From Planctomycetota bacterium (GTDB lineage Bacteria > Planctomycetota > B15-G4 > SIAN01), in contig JANNXA010000051.1 of NCBI GenBank assembly GCA_031409275.1, positions 32,001 through 96,000 on the forward strand: a DNA stretch of 64,000 nucleotides, read 5' to 3'. The notes under the pieces were generated by a model. That model saw only the letters and a list, made by a program, of their open reading frames with translations, made no database searches and had not been told where the DNA came from. Shown here one piece after another: positions 17,316 through 26,519 of the stretch. A program made the position numbers and the translations under genes. The number at the start of each line of letters is the position of its first letter. Within the stretch, counting starts at the first letter, position 1.

Positions 17316-19023
17316 TGCGGTGGTAGCGGCCCGGCTCGACGCCGGCGAGTTCCTGCGTGGCGCCATCGGGCCAGCGGATCGTGAGGTCGACCGCGCCCGC
17401 GTGCGCGCCGAGCCCGAAGACGATTCGAGTGTCGTTCCATGCCGCGAACGAGGCGGCGCCGCGCACTTCATCGACCTGCCGCAGCGCGCCCGCGCGACAC
17501 TCGACGCGCGCACCGATCGCGCGCGTGTTGCCCCCTGAACCGCGCAAGTCGACGCCGATCCAGTGACGGGTGGAGCCCGGTCCGATCGCCGTGTTCTCGA
17601 GGATCTCGGGCCGCTCCTGCCAATGGGCGACGACGAGGTCGATGTCTCCGTCGCCGTCGAGGTCGCCGGCCGCGAGGCCGCGCCCGACGTGCTTCTCCTC
17701 GAAGTAGGGGCCGCCTTCGCTGCTGGCGAGCCGGAACTTGCCGCGCCCCGCGCCGAGGTAGAGCTGCGCCTTCTGCCGGAAACTCTGGTGCGGGTCGAAC
17801 TGCTCGACGCGATCGAGCACATGGCCGTTGGCCAGCGCAAGGTCGACCTCGCCGTCGAGGTCCTGGTCGAAGAACTTCGCACCGAAGCCGACCCACAGGT
17901 AGCTGTCGCGGCCGAGGCCGGCGAGGTTGGTGTCGTCGGTGAAGACGCCGCCGTCGTTCACCCACAGCGTGTTGGTCTCCATCGCCATGTTGGCGCTGAA
18001 GAGGTCGAAGTCGCCGTCATGGTCGATGTCGGCGGCGTCGCTGCCCATGCACGACTCGTTCTTGCCTTCGCCGTCCTGCGCGACCCCCGCCTCGAAGCCG
18101 ACCTCGACCAGCACGATCGCGCCGCCGCGCACGCTGTCGTTACGCCACAGGAAGTTCGGGACGTGGTCGTTCGCCACGAAGAGGTCGACGTCGCCGTCGC
18201 CGTCGTAGTCGGTCGGCACCACGGCGAGCGCCTTGCCGGTCGACGCCTGGGCGCCCGACGCGACGGTCACGTCGGTGAAGCGCACCTGGGCATCGCGACC
18301 GCCGTCATTGCGCAGCACGTCGTCGCGAGCCCCCGCGAAGTTGTCGGGATGGCAGTAGTCGTGCTCCTGCGCACCGACCGTCCGGTCACCGCAAGGGCGC
18401 GCGGTCTGGACGTCGTAGACCACGTAGTTGCCGACGTAGCAGTCGAGGTCGCCGTCGCGATCGAGATCGACGAATGCCGCGGCGCTCGACCAGGCGTTGC
18501 CGCCAAGGCCCGAGCTCTCCGTGACATCGGTGAAGCGGCCGTGCCCGTCGTTGACCAGCAACGTGTTGCGGCCGTAGTTGCAGCAGTAGAGGTCGAGGTC
18601 GCCGTCGCCGTCGATGTCGGGACAGGAGACGCTGAAGGTGTAGCCCGTCTCGCCGGCCCCCGCCTCCGCCGTCACCTCAGTGAAGTGGAAGGCGCCGTCA
18701 TTGCGGTAGAGACGGTCGACGAGCGGCGGATCGATGGTGCGACCCGGCAACGCCGCCGCCTGCGCGCAGTGGAGGTCGAGGTCGCCATCGCCGTCGTAGT
18801 CGAACAGCGAGACGCCGCCCACCACGATTTCGGTGAACTGCTTGCTGCCGTTGCCGCCGTGGTCGTGGACGAAATCAACGCCGCTCGCCGCGCCACGCTG
18901 CGCGAAACGAAACGGCGGCGGCGGCGGCGCCTTCTCCCCGCAACTCGCGCCGGCCAGCGCGAAGCCAAGCAGCGCGAGGCCGCGAAGCGGCACGCCGCGT
19001 CGATGGCGCTCAGCGCGCCGCAT
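17302..19023 (-). CDS. CRTAC1-family lipoprotein (FG-GAP repeats plus ASPIC/UnbV domain)
   Basis: Repeated DYDGDGDLDL, DIDGDGDLDL, DLDRDGDLD, DLDGDGDIDLVV; C-terminal AIGARV..FGLG..IRWPDG; lipobox LAGASC. Confidence 0.92.
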   Translation of the reverse strand: MRRAERHRRGVPLRGLALLGFALAGASCGEKAPPPPPFRFAQRGAASGVDFVHDHGGNGSKQFTEIVVGGVSLFDYDGDGDLDLHCAQAAALPGRTIDPPLVDRLYRNDGAFHFTEVTAEAGAGETGYTFSVSCPDIDGDGDLDLYCCNYGRNTLLVNDGHGRFTDVTESSGLGGNAWSSAAAFVDLDRDGDLDCYVGNYVVYDVQTARPCGDRTVGAQEHDYCHPDNFAGARDDVLRNDGGRDAQVRFTDVTVASGAQASTGKALAVVPTDYDGDGDVDLFVANDHVPNFLWRNDSVRGGAIVLVEVGFEAGVAQDGEGKNESCMGSDAADIDHDGDFDLFSANMAMETNTLWVNDGGVFTDDTNLAGLGRDSYLWVGFGAKFFDQDLDGEVDLALANGHVLDRVEQFDPHQSFRQKAQLYLGAGRGKFRLASSEGGPYFEEKHVGRGLAAGDLDGDGDIDLVVAHWQERPEILENTAIGPGSTRHWIGVDLRGSGGNTRAIGARVECRAGALRQVDEVRGAASFAAWNDTRIVFGLGAHAGAVDLTIRWPDGATQELAGVEPGRYHRITQP

Positions 19024-20182
19024 CGCGACTCTTCGCGAGCTCGCGCAGCAGGTCGTCATAGACCGGCTGCCCGACCTTGCCGGTCGCCAGCATGCGATCG
19101 GCGGCAGCCCGCGCACCGGCGCTGTCTCCCTGCGCCTGCAGGATCTGCGCCTGCAGGAACCACGCTTCCGGATCGTCCGGAGTAGCGGCGATCAGCGCCT
19201 CGAGCTCCGCCTGCGCCGCGCTCCACTGCTTGCCCGCCTGCAACTCGCGGATCAGCAGGTGGCGCGCGCGGCGGTGCTCGGGCCAGGCGGCGAGGAACTC
19301 GCGGCGCAACGCGATGCGGCGCGCGCTGTCGTTCTTGAACGCGGTCGACGCGTCCTCCTCGAACGGCAGCAGCGCTTGATAGGCGCGCAGATGGCGATCG
19401 GCCTCCTTCGCATCGCCGAGCTTGCGTTGCACGCGGGCGGCGGCGAAGTGCAGCGATGACTCGTCGCCCTTCTGCGCCAACGCCAGCATCAGGTCCGCGA
19501 GCGCGTCGGCCGGACGCCCCATGCGCTCGAAGATCTCGGCGCGCAGCGCCAACGTGTTGCGATCGGGCCTCAGCTTGAGCGACCGCTCGGCGTCGAGCAG
19601 CGCTGCGTCGAAGCGGCCCGCCCGCAACGCCGCCTGTGCCAGGCCGCGCCGCACGACCGCGCGCTGATCGTCCGACAGCGCCACGCGACCCGACGCATCT
19701 TCCTCGGCCAACGCAGTGAAGAGCGCCTCCGCGCCGCGATCGTCCTCGAGCGCGAGCCGGGCGTTCGCCTCGCCGACGCGCGCCGCGAGCGATTGCGGAT
19801 CGACGAGGCGCGCGGTGCGGAAGGCCGCCAGCGCCTGCAGCGGCTCGTAGGCGAACTTCTTCTGCAACCCGACCGTTCCGCGCAGCAACAGCGCGTCGAG
19901 ATGGGCGGGATCGAGTTCGAGCGCTTCCCGCAGTCGCGCGATGGTCTCCTGCGGGTGGCCCAGTCCGATTTCGACCTGCGCCTGAGCGACCTTCGCCGCG
20001 GCGGCGCTCGCATCGCCGCTGCGCGGCAGATCGATCGGGAAATCGAGGCGAGTCGGATCGACCGGCGCATCGACGGACGCCTCGCCCGGAACCGGAGGCG
20101 CGGCCGGGTCGTCGCAGGCCGATGCGGCGAAGAGCGCCAGCGTCACCCCCCATCGGCTCGGACCACGCATGCGATGGGTCAC
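19010..20182 (-). CDS. TPR-repeat lipoprotein
   Basis: Lipobox FAASAC; ALELDPAHLDAL, ATPDDPEAWFLQAQIL and other TPR-like units. Confidence 0.85.
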   Translation of the reverse strand: MTHRMRGPSRWGVTLALFAASACDDPAAPPVPGEASVDAPVDPTRLDFPIDLPRSGDASAAAAKVAQAQVEIGLGHPQETIARLREALELDPAHLDALLLRGTVGLQKKFAYEPLQALAAFRTARLVDPQSLAARVGEANARLALEDDRGAEALFTALAEEDASGRVALSDDQRAVVRRGLAQAALRAGRFDAALLDAERSLKLRPDRNTLALRAEIFERMGRPADALADLMLALAQKGDESSLHFAAARVQRKLGDAKEADRHLRAYQALLPFEEDASTAFKNDSARRIALRREFLAAWPEHRRARHLLIRELQAGKQWSAAQAELEALIAATPDDPEAWFLQAQILQAQGDSAGARAAADRMLATGKVGQPVYDDLLRELAKSRDAAR

Positions 20183-21366
20183 TGCGGCGCGGGGGCGGCG
20201 GCCAGCAGCGTCGGCAACACTCGGTCGTCGGTCAGCACCAGGTCGTCGCGATCAACGAGCACGCGCATGCGGCCGCTGAAATCGATGTTCCAGCGCACTT
20301 GCCAGCCGATCGTGGCCACCAGCTCGCCGGTGTCGTCGCGGCGCAGCGCCGTGCGGTACTCGGCGACGAGCACGTGGTCCCAGACATCGCGAAACGACGG
20401 GTCACGCTTGTCGACCGAAGGGATGCACAGCGCGCTGGCGAGATGGCTGTCGGCCACCACCTCTTCACAGCGCGGGATCGCGCCGTGGCCGTCGGTGGCG
20501 GCAGGGTCGAGCTGCCAGGCCGTCGTCTTGACCATCATTCCGCCGCGCTCGATTCCGTGGCGGACCGCTTGCACGAAGCTGATCTTGGCGGGCAGCGTCG
20601 GGCGCACCGGCGCGGGCTTCCCGGCCAGCGCCGCGCCCACCACCGATGCGTCGAGCAGATCATCCTTCGCGCGCGAGAAGACGACCGCGGTCGCGACCCC
20701 TTCATCGTCCTTGCCGAACAGCCCCTCCGTGGGCGGCGACTTGAAGAGCGAGAGGATGCCGATGCCGGGCAGTTCGTGGCGGATCGCCCGCTCGAGCGCG
20801 AGGTGGTCGTTGATGGCTGCCTCCGCCGCCTGGGCGACGCCGTCGACGTCGACTTCGCGCGAGAGCTGCAGCAACGCGGCATCGATCTTCTGATCGAGTT
20901 CAAGGTAGCCACTGCGCGCGCCGAGCGCGTCGCCGCCGCCGATGCGGCCGCCTTCCGCGGCGATCGCCCAGAGCGCCGACTCGTAGTGTTCGAGGAGCAG
21001 CTTGAGCTGTTCCTGGGTGCGATTGGAGGCCGCTTCGAGCCGCGTCGCGCGCTCCTTGCGACGCGTCTCGCCATAGCTCGCGAGCGCCGGATCGGGACTC
21101 GCCAGCAGGTAGCAGGGCGGCGCAACGGCGACGTCACGATCGAACTCGGCGAGCACTCGCGCGAGGTCGACACGAGCATCCTCGAAGATGACGTGGATCG
21201 CGCGGTCGGCCGCCGCGAACAGCATCCGCTTCTGCTCGCTCGGCGTCGGCGGCGGCGGCGTGTCGTCGCCACCGCTCGCGCACCCCGAGAGGCCGATCAG
21301 CAGCGAGGCGAGACCGCCCGCCCACTGGATCGACGCCGCGCGGCGCAAAAGCTCGCTCGATCTCAT
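20179..21366 (-). CDS. Hypothetical lipoprotein
   Basis: Lipobox IGLSGC, Pro linker; 4-nt overlaps with both neighbours. Confidence 0.75.
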   Translation of the reverse strand: MRSSELLRRAASIQWAGGLASLLIGLSGCASGGDDTPPPPTPSEQKRMLFAAADRAIHVIFEDARVDLARVLAEFDRDVAVAPPCYLLASPDPALASYGETRRKERATRLEAASNRTQEQLKLLLEHYESALWAIAAEGGRIGGGDALGARSGYLELDQKIDAALLQLSREVDVDGVAQAAEAAINDHLALERAIRHELPGIGILSLFKSPPTEGLFGKDDEGVATAVVFSRAKDDLLDASVVGAALAGKPAPVRPTLPAKISFVQAVRHGIERGGMMVKTTAWQLDPAATDGHGAIPRCEEVVADSHLASALCIPSVDKRDPSFRDVWDHVLVAEYRTALRRDDTGELVATIGWQVRWNIDFSGRMRVLVDRDDLVLTDDRVLPTLLAAAPAPQ

Positions 21367-23942
21367 CGGACGCTCCGCTTGGTCCGGCCCTTCGAGCGCC
21401 GGGTCTTCCCGCTGCCCCCGCGTTCGAACGCGAGCGGCACGATCTCACCATAGGTGCGGACGAAGTGGAATCGCAGCCCTCGCTTGAGGTCCGCTCTCAC
21501 CTCGGCGACATCCTTCTCGTTATCGGCCGGCAGGATCAGCTCGCGCAGCCCGGCACGGCGCGCCGCCAGCAGCTTGTCGCGGATGCCACCGACCGCCAGG
21601 ACCTGGCCGGTCAGCGTGATCTCCCCGGTCATCGCGAGGTCGGCGCGCACTGGCATGCCGCGGAGCAACGACACGAGCGCCGTCGTCATCGTCACGCCCG
21701 CCGACGGCCCATCCTTGCGAACGGCGCCCGCGGGCACGTGGAGATGGAGCCCGTCGTCCTTGCGCAGCGTGGTCTTCACCCCGAGTTCCTGCGCATGGGC
21801 GAGGACGTAGGAGATGGCGATCCGCGCCGACTCCTGCATCACGTCGCCAAGCATGCCGGTGAGTTCGAGTCCTTTGCGAGCCTCGGGAATCGCCATCGCC
21901 TGGATCTCGAGCACTTCACCGCCGACCGGCGTCCACGCCAGTCCCATGGCGACGCCTGCCGGCCGCGCCTGCTGCAGTCGTTCGTGCAGGTAGCGCGGCG
22001 GCCCGAGGTAGCGCGGCAGGTCGGCGACAGTGAGGGTCACGCCCTTCTGCGACGTCGCCTGCGCCCGCTTCTTCCCCGCCTTCGCGGGCGGGCGCTCCTG
22101 AAGTTCGCGGACGACCTTGCGGGAGATGCGAGCGAGGCGCGCGTCGAGGGCGCGCACGCCCGCCTCACGGGTGAAGCCGAGGACGATCGCCGTGAGGACC
22201 GGCTTCCCGAGCTTGAGCTCGCTCGGCGCGAGGCCATGGGCGAGGCGCTGCTTCTTCAGCAGGAAGCGGCTCGCGATCGCCACCTTCTCCTCGGTCACGT
22301 AGCCGGGCAGCTCGATCACGTCGAGTCGATCGCGGAGCGCCGCCGGCACCGGGTCGAGATCGTTGGCGGTGGCGATGAAGAACACCCGCGACAGGTCGAG
22401 CGGCACTTCGAGGTAGTGGTCGGAGAAGTTGCCGTTCTGCTCGGGATCGAGCGCTTCGAGCAGCGCCGAGCCGGGATCGCCGCGGAAGTCGGCGCCGATC
22501 TTGTCGAGCTCGTCGAGCATGAAGACGGGATTCATGGTCGCCGCCGTCCGCATCGCTCGCACGATGCGGCCCGGCTGCGCGCCGACATAGGTGCGACGAT
22601 GGCCGCGGATCTCCGCTTCATCGCGCACGCCCCCGAGCGAGATGCGGACGAACTTGCGTCCGAGCGCGGCGGCGATCGAGCGACCGAGCGAGGTCTTGCC
22701 GACACCCGGCGGCCCGAGCAGGCAGAGGATCTGCCCCTTGTGGTCGGGAACGCGCGCGCGCACGGCGAGGAACTCGAGGATGCGGTCCTTCACTTCGTCG
22801 AGGCCGAAGTGATCGCGATCGAGGACGCGGCGCGCCAACGCGAGGTCCTGCGTGTCTTGCGTCTGCTGGCCAAACGGCAGGGCCAGCAACCAATCGAGGT
22901 AGCCGCGCGCGACCGCCGCTTCGGGGCTTTCGGTCCCGAGGCTCGAGAGGCGGCGCAACTCCTCCTCCGCGCGCTCCTTCACCGCGGTGGGCAGCGCACG
23001 CCCTTCCATCCGCTTGCGGAAGTCGTCGACCTCGACGCCGCGCCCATCGCGCTCCTCGCCGAGTTCCTTGCGGATCGCCTTCAACTGCTCGCGAAGGAAG
23101 AACTCCTCCTGGCGCTTCTCGATCTTCTTGCGGATCTCATCCTGGATGCGATTGCCGAGCGTCAGGAGCTGCAGCTCGCGCGTGAGCTCCTCGGCGACCC
23201 GATGCAGCCGCTTCTCGACGTCCAGCGTCGCGAGCAGCTCCGCGCGGACGTCATGCGCCTTCAGGACGTAGGTCGCCGCGAAGTCCGCGAGCGCGCCATG
23301 TCGCTCGATGTTGAGCACCGCGACGCCCATCTCTTGCGCGCTGTCGCCGCCATTGGCGCTGGCTGCCACCAGCTCGCGCAGTTGCTTGCGGACGTTGCGC
23401 GCGAGCGCTTCCGCGGTGTCGCCGTGCGCCGGCGTCTCCTCGGGATAGGCGACCTTGGCGATGAGGTAGGGGTCGGTGCGCAGGAAGCGCTCGATCTGGA
23501 AACGACGCAGCCCCTGGACGAGCAACGTGCGCGTGCCGTCGGGCATCTGCAGCGATCGCAGGATGCGGACGAGGCAGCCCACTCCCTGGAGCTGCTCTGG
23601 CGTGGGCGCCTGCTCGCTCCCTTCGGCCTCGCGAAACACCCCGAGTCCGAGGAAGTCCGACTGGCTCGCCGCCTGCAGCACGGTGCGCTCGGCCCACGGC
23701 GCGCGCAGAACCACGGGCACGGTGAGGTCGGGGTAGACCACGACGCCGGGCACCGCCACGACGAAGAGGTTCGGCGGGAAACGGTCGCCGCGGCGCAGCA
23801 GCGCCGACTCGCCTTCGTTGGACGCGACCGCGTCGTCAACGATCTCGGCCACCGGCTCGACCGCCGCGGTCGACGGCGGCGGGCTGATCGGATTCGCGGC
23901 GTCCGGTGATTCCGGCGGCGGGTCGGCAGGACGATCGTTCAC
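21363..23942 (-). CDS. lon: ATP-dependent Lon protease
   Basis: LON N-domain, DHFGL, GPPGVGKTS, GHRRTYVGA, LDELDK, GLAWT, KDGPSAG, AMTGEITL; GTG 23942 after GAGAGGTG. Confidence 0.97.
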   Translation of the reverse strand: MNDRPADPPPESPDAANPISPPPSTAAVEPVAEIVDDAVASNEGESALLRRGDRFPPNLFVVAVPGVVVYPDLTVPVVLRAPWAERTVLQAASQSDFLGLGVFREAEGSEQAPTPEQLQGVGCLVRILRSLQMPDGTRTLLVQGLRRFQIERFLRTDPYLIAKVAYPEETPAHGDTAEALARNVRKQLRELVAASANGGDSAQEMGVAVLNIERHGALADFAATYVLKAHDVRAELLATLDVEKRLHRVAEELTRELQLLTLGNRIQDEIRKKIEKRQEEFFLREQLKAIRKELGEERDGRGVEVDDFRKRMEGRALPTAVKERAEEELRRLSSLGTESPEAAVARGYLDWLLALPFGQQTQDTQDLALARRVLDRDHFGLDEVKDRILEFLAVRARVPDHKGQILCLLGPPGVGKTSLGRSIAAALGRKFVRISLGGVRDEAEIRGHRRTYVGAQPGRIVRAMRTAATMNPVFMLDELDKIGADFRGDPGSALLEALDPEQNGNFSDHYLEVPLDLSRVFFIATANDLDPVPAALRDRLDVIELPGYVTEEKVAIASRFLLKKQRLAHGLAPSELKLGKPVLTAIVLGFTREAGVRALDARLARISRKVVRELQERPPAKAGKKRAQATSQKGVTLTVADLPRYLGPPRYLHERLQQARPAGVAMGLAWTPVGGEVLEIQAMAIPEARKGLELTGMLGDVMQESARIAISYVLAHAQELGVKTTLRKDDGLHLHVPAGAVRKDGPSAGVTMTTALVSLLRGMPVRADLAMTGEITLTGQVLAVGGIRDKLLAARRAGLRELILPADNEKDVAEVRADLKRGLRFHFVRTYGEIVPLAFERGGSGKTRRSKGRTKRSVR

Positions 23943-24129
23943 GAGCGCACCTCTCCCAAGCGGCGACGCATGATATGCCGACCGCACGGAAACCACGTCT
24001 GGCGCTCAGGTTGCGGCACTCGCCGGGAGCCGCTACGTTCGGCCCGTCGATTGATGACACTGGGTGCGCGACGCCGCCTGGCCGCGCACGCCGGCCGCGC
24101 AAGCGGCCCTTCTCGATTGGATCGATGCC

Positions 24130-25281
24130 GTGAATCAGCCCGTGTCCGAGCGCTCCCGCTCAGGTTCCACCTCACCGGCAGTGCTCCTCATCCTGCTCGC
24201 GACTCTCGCCATCGGCGGCGGGCTCGCGTGGTGGTTCATCGGCGGCGGTCGCCCGTCGCCGCAGCAGACGGCAGTGACGCCGCGTGCGCCCGCCCGTCCG
24301 GAACTCGAGCCACCGACGCCGGTCGACGCCAACGCGGTCATCACGGCCGACATCCGCAGCGACCGCGGCGTCCGCAACGGGCTGAACGAGGCCGCCGCCA
24401 TCCGGGTCCGCAATCGCGAAACCGGCAAGATCGAGACCAAGCCGATCTACACGATCGACGCCAAGGTGGTGAACGATCGCGACGGCGCACCCGTCTACTA
24501 CTTCCAGGTCTGGGTCATTCCCGAGGCGATGGGCGACCCCGCCGTCGCCAAGGCGACGCTTTCCCCCAACCACATGCGCAGCGGCCGGCTGCACCTCGAT
24601 CAGCAGCTCGCCGGCACCTACAACCTCGTCGTCGAAAGTCGCGAGCATGAGCCGGTCACCAAGCTGATCGAGCTCCCCTACGAAGGCCCCGAGCTCGAGA
24701 TCCGGCTGCGCTACGGCACCTGCGTGCGCGGCGTCGTCCGTGACAGTTTCCAGACGCCGTTGAAGGAGATCGAGGTCCAGCTCGGAGTCGACCTTGCTCG
24801 CATCGATCCGGGGTTCAAGCCGCCGATGCAGCGCATGGTCAAGACGGACGAGAGTGGTCGCTACGCGTTCTGGAAGCTGCCGCCGGGAACCTACTCGCTC
24901 AAGGTGCAGCTTGGCGGCGACGAGCTCGCCAGCGAGCCGGAGTTCCGGCTCGACGCCGGCTCCGAGACGATGCGCGACTTCATGCTCGAACGGTTGGGTT
25001 CGCTGCGCATCGTCGTGAGCAACCCGATCGACCAGCCGATCGCACGGGCACGCGCCGCCTTGTTCACGAACCTCGACGACGGCCGGGAGCGCATGGTTCG
25101 CAACGTCACTTCCGACCTCAAAGGCCTCGCGCGGCTCGAATTCGTCCGCGAGGGCAGCTACAAGTTGAAGATCACTTCGCCTGGTTTCGAACCGCACGAA
25201 GAGACCGTCGTCGTCCGCGCCGGCGAAGCGCAGCGGGACATCCCGGTGCGCCTCGACATCGCCGACCGACCCGGGAACTGA
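24130..25281 (+). CDS. Membrane-anchored protein with carboxypeptidase-regulatory-like (transthyretin-fold) repeats
   Basis: N-terminal TM; VRGVVRD, KTDESGRYAFWKLPPGTYSL, TSDLKG..VREGSYKLKITSPGF. Start uncertain (24064, 24130 or 24142). Confidence 0.8.
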   Translation: MNQPVSERSRSGSTSPAVLLILLATLAIGGGLAWWFIGGGRPSPQQTAVTPRAPARPELEPPTPVDANAVITADIRSDRGVRNGLNEAAAIRVRNRETGKIETKPIYTIDAKVVNDRDGAPVYYFQVWVIPEAMGDPAVAKATLSPNHMRSGRLHLDQQLAGTYNLVVESREHEPVTKLIELPYEGPELEIRLRYGTCVRGVVRDSFQTPLKEIEVQLGVDLARIDPGFKPPMQRMVKTDESGRYAFWKLPPGTYSLKVQLGGDELASEPEFRLDAGSETMRDFMLERLGSLRIVVSNPIDQPIARARAALFTNLDDGRERMVRNVTSDLKGLARLEFVREGSYKLKITSPGFEPHEETVVVRAGEAQRDIPVRLDIADRPGN

Positions 25282-25322
25282 CCGCCGCCGCCCGCCCTTC
25301 GCTCTCCGAGAAGATCGAACCC

Positions 25323-25808
25323 ATGCCCGTCGCCGCACCGATCCTCGCCCCCGAGACCTTCCATCCCGAGCGGATCCTGGTCGGCAAAGAGGGCATCCGC
25401 GAATGGGTGCCGCAGCGCTACGAGTTCGAGATGCTCGACGCGATCCTCCACTTCGATGAAGTGGCGCACGTCGCCGTCGGCGTGAAGCAACTCGGGCACG
25501 ACGAGTTCTGGGTGCGCGGCCATATCCCCGGCCTGCCGCTCTTCCCTGGCGTCCTCATGATCGAGAGCGCCGCGCAGCTCTGCTGCTACCTCTTTTCGCG
25601 CAGCAACCGCGAGAAGCGCTTCTTCGCCTTCGGCGGAGTCGACGCCGTCCGTTTTCGCGGCACCGTCAAGCCCGGCGATCGCATCCACTTGATGGCGCGC
25701 GCGCGCAAGCTGCGCACCAACCTCGGCATCTTCGAGACGCAGGGCTACGTCGCGAACCGGATCGTCTTCGAAGCGGTGATCACCGGAATGGTGCTGAACG
25801 AGCGTTGA
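25323..25808 (+). CDS. fabZ: 3-hydroxyacyl-ACP dehydratase, FabZ/FabA family
   Basis: PQRYEFEMLD, FWVRGHIPGLPLFPGVLMIESAAQL, VRFRGTVKPGD. Confidence 0.85.
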   Translation: MPVAAPILAPETFHPERILVGKEGIREWVPQRYEFEMLDAILHFDEVAHVAVGVKQLGHDEFWVRGHIPGLPLFPGVLMIESAAQLCCYLFSRSNREKRFFAFGGVDAVRFRGTVKPGDRIHLMARARKLRTNLGIFETQGYVANRIVFEAVITGMVLNER

Positions 25809-25850
25809 GCTCGCGCACGCGCGACGCGATTTTCGCTGGGCCGCGCAACG

Positions 25851-25878
25851 AAAACGGGGCGAGCACATGCTCGCCCCG
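25851..25878 (-). terminator. Rho-independent terminator
   Basis: Inverted repeat CGGGGCGAGCA / TGCTCGCCCCG (25855-25878) followed by TTTT on the minus strand. Confidence 0.8.
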
Positions 25879-25970
25879 CATTGTCCCGGGATCATGATCC
25901 GGCTTGGGGTGGGCACCCTGCTCCGAGAGCCGCCGGTCCCGATTTCGATGGACGAGCCATCGATGACAAA
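25851..25970 (-). ncRNA. Candidate structured small RNA or 3' element, unassigned
   Basis: Six nested or adjacent helices identified by eye, directly followed by a terminator (see finding). Confidence 0.4.
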
Positions 25971-26105
25971 GAGCGTGCCGTCTTGCGCGTCGATGCGCGT
26001 CGGGCATTCTCTCGGCGCTTCCGCGGCGGCACGAGCGCGTCCGAGCGAAGCTCGCGTGCCGCCTGCGCCGAATCGGCGCAGGAACGTCACCCGAGCGTCG
26101 CGCCA

Positions 26106-26489
26106 TCAACGGTTGCGCGCGGCAGTGGAGCGACGCTCGCGGAGACGGCGAATCGTGCGAAAGAAGTCGACCGGTTCGATGGGCAGCCCGAGGAGCGCGA
26201 AGATGCGACCGCGCACCTTGTCTTCCCGCAACTTGGCCAGAGCCGCGTCGTGGCCGATCACGATCACGTCGAGCTGCGGCATGTCGACCCGCACCTGCTC
26301 GACGAGCGTGTCCTGTTCCGGCGCGGCCGGGTCGAGCGCGACGATCAGCCCGTCGATCTCGGTGCGACGAATCTTCTCGAGGGCGAGCACGCCCTGCTCC
26401 TGGTCGACTTCGATGTCGCCGAACGCGGCGAGGCCGACGCGGAGCTGGTCCGCAAGCGCGGGGGTCGAAACGGCAAGGAAGAGGCGCAT
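26106..26489 (-). CDS. Stand-alone degenerate receiver (CheY-like) domain protein, 127 aa
   Basis: Alternating beta/alpha pattern MRLFLAV..IDGLIVALD..VIVIG..LLGLPIEPVDF; lacks the acidic pocket, phospho-Asp and Lys-Pro. Confidence 0.65.
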   Translation of the reverse strand: MRLFLAVSTPALADQLRVGLAAFGDIEVDQEQGVLALEKIRRTEIDGLIVALDPAAPEQDTLVEQVRVDMPQLDVIVIGHDAALAKLREDKVRGRIFALLGLPIEPVDFFRTIRRLRERRSTAARNR

Positions 26490-26519
26490 GCTGTCCCTAT
26501 CGGCCGGCGGAGCCTCGCG

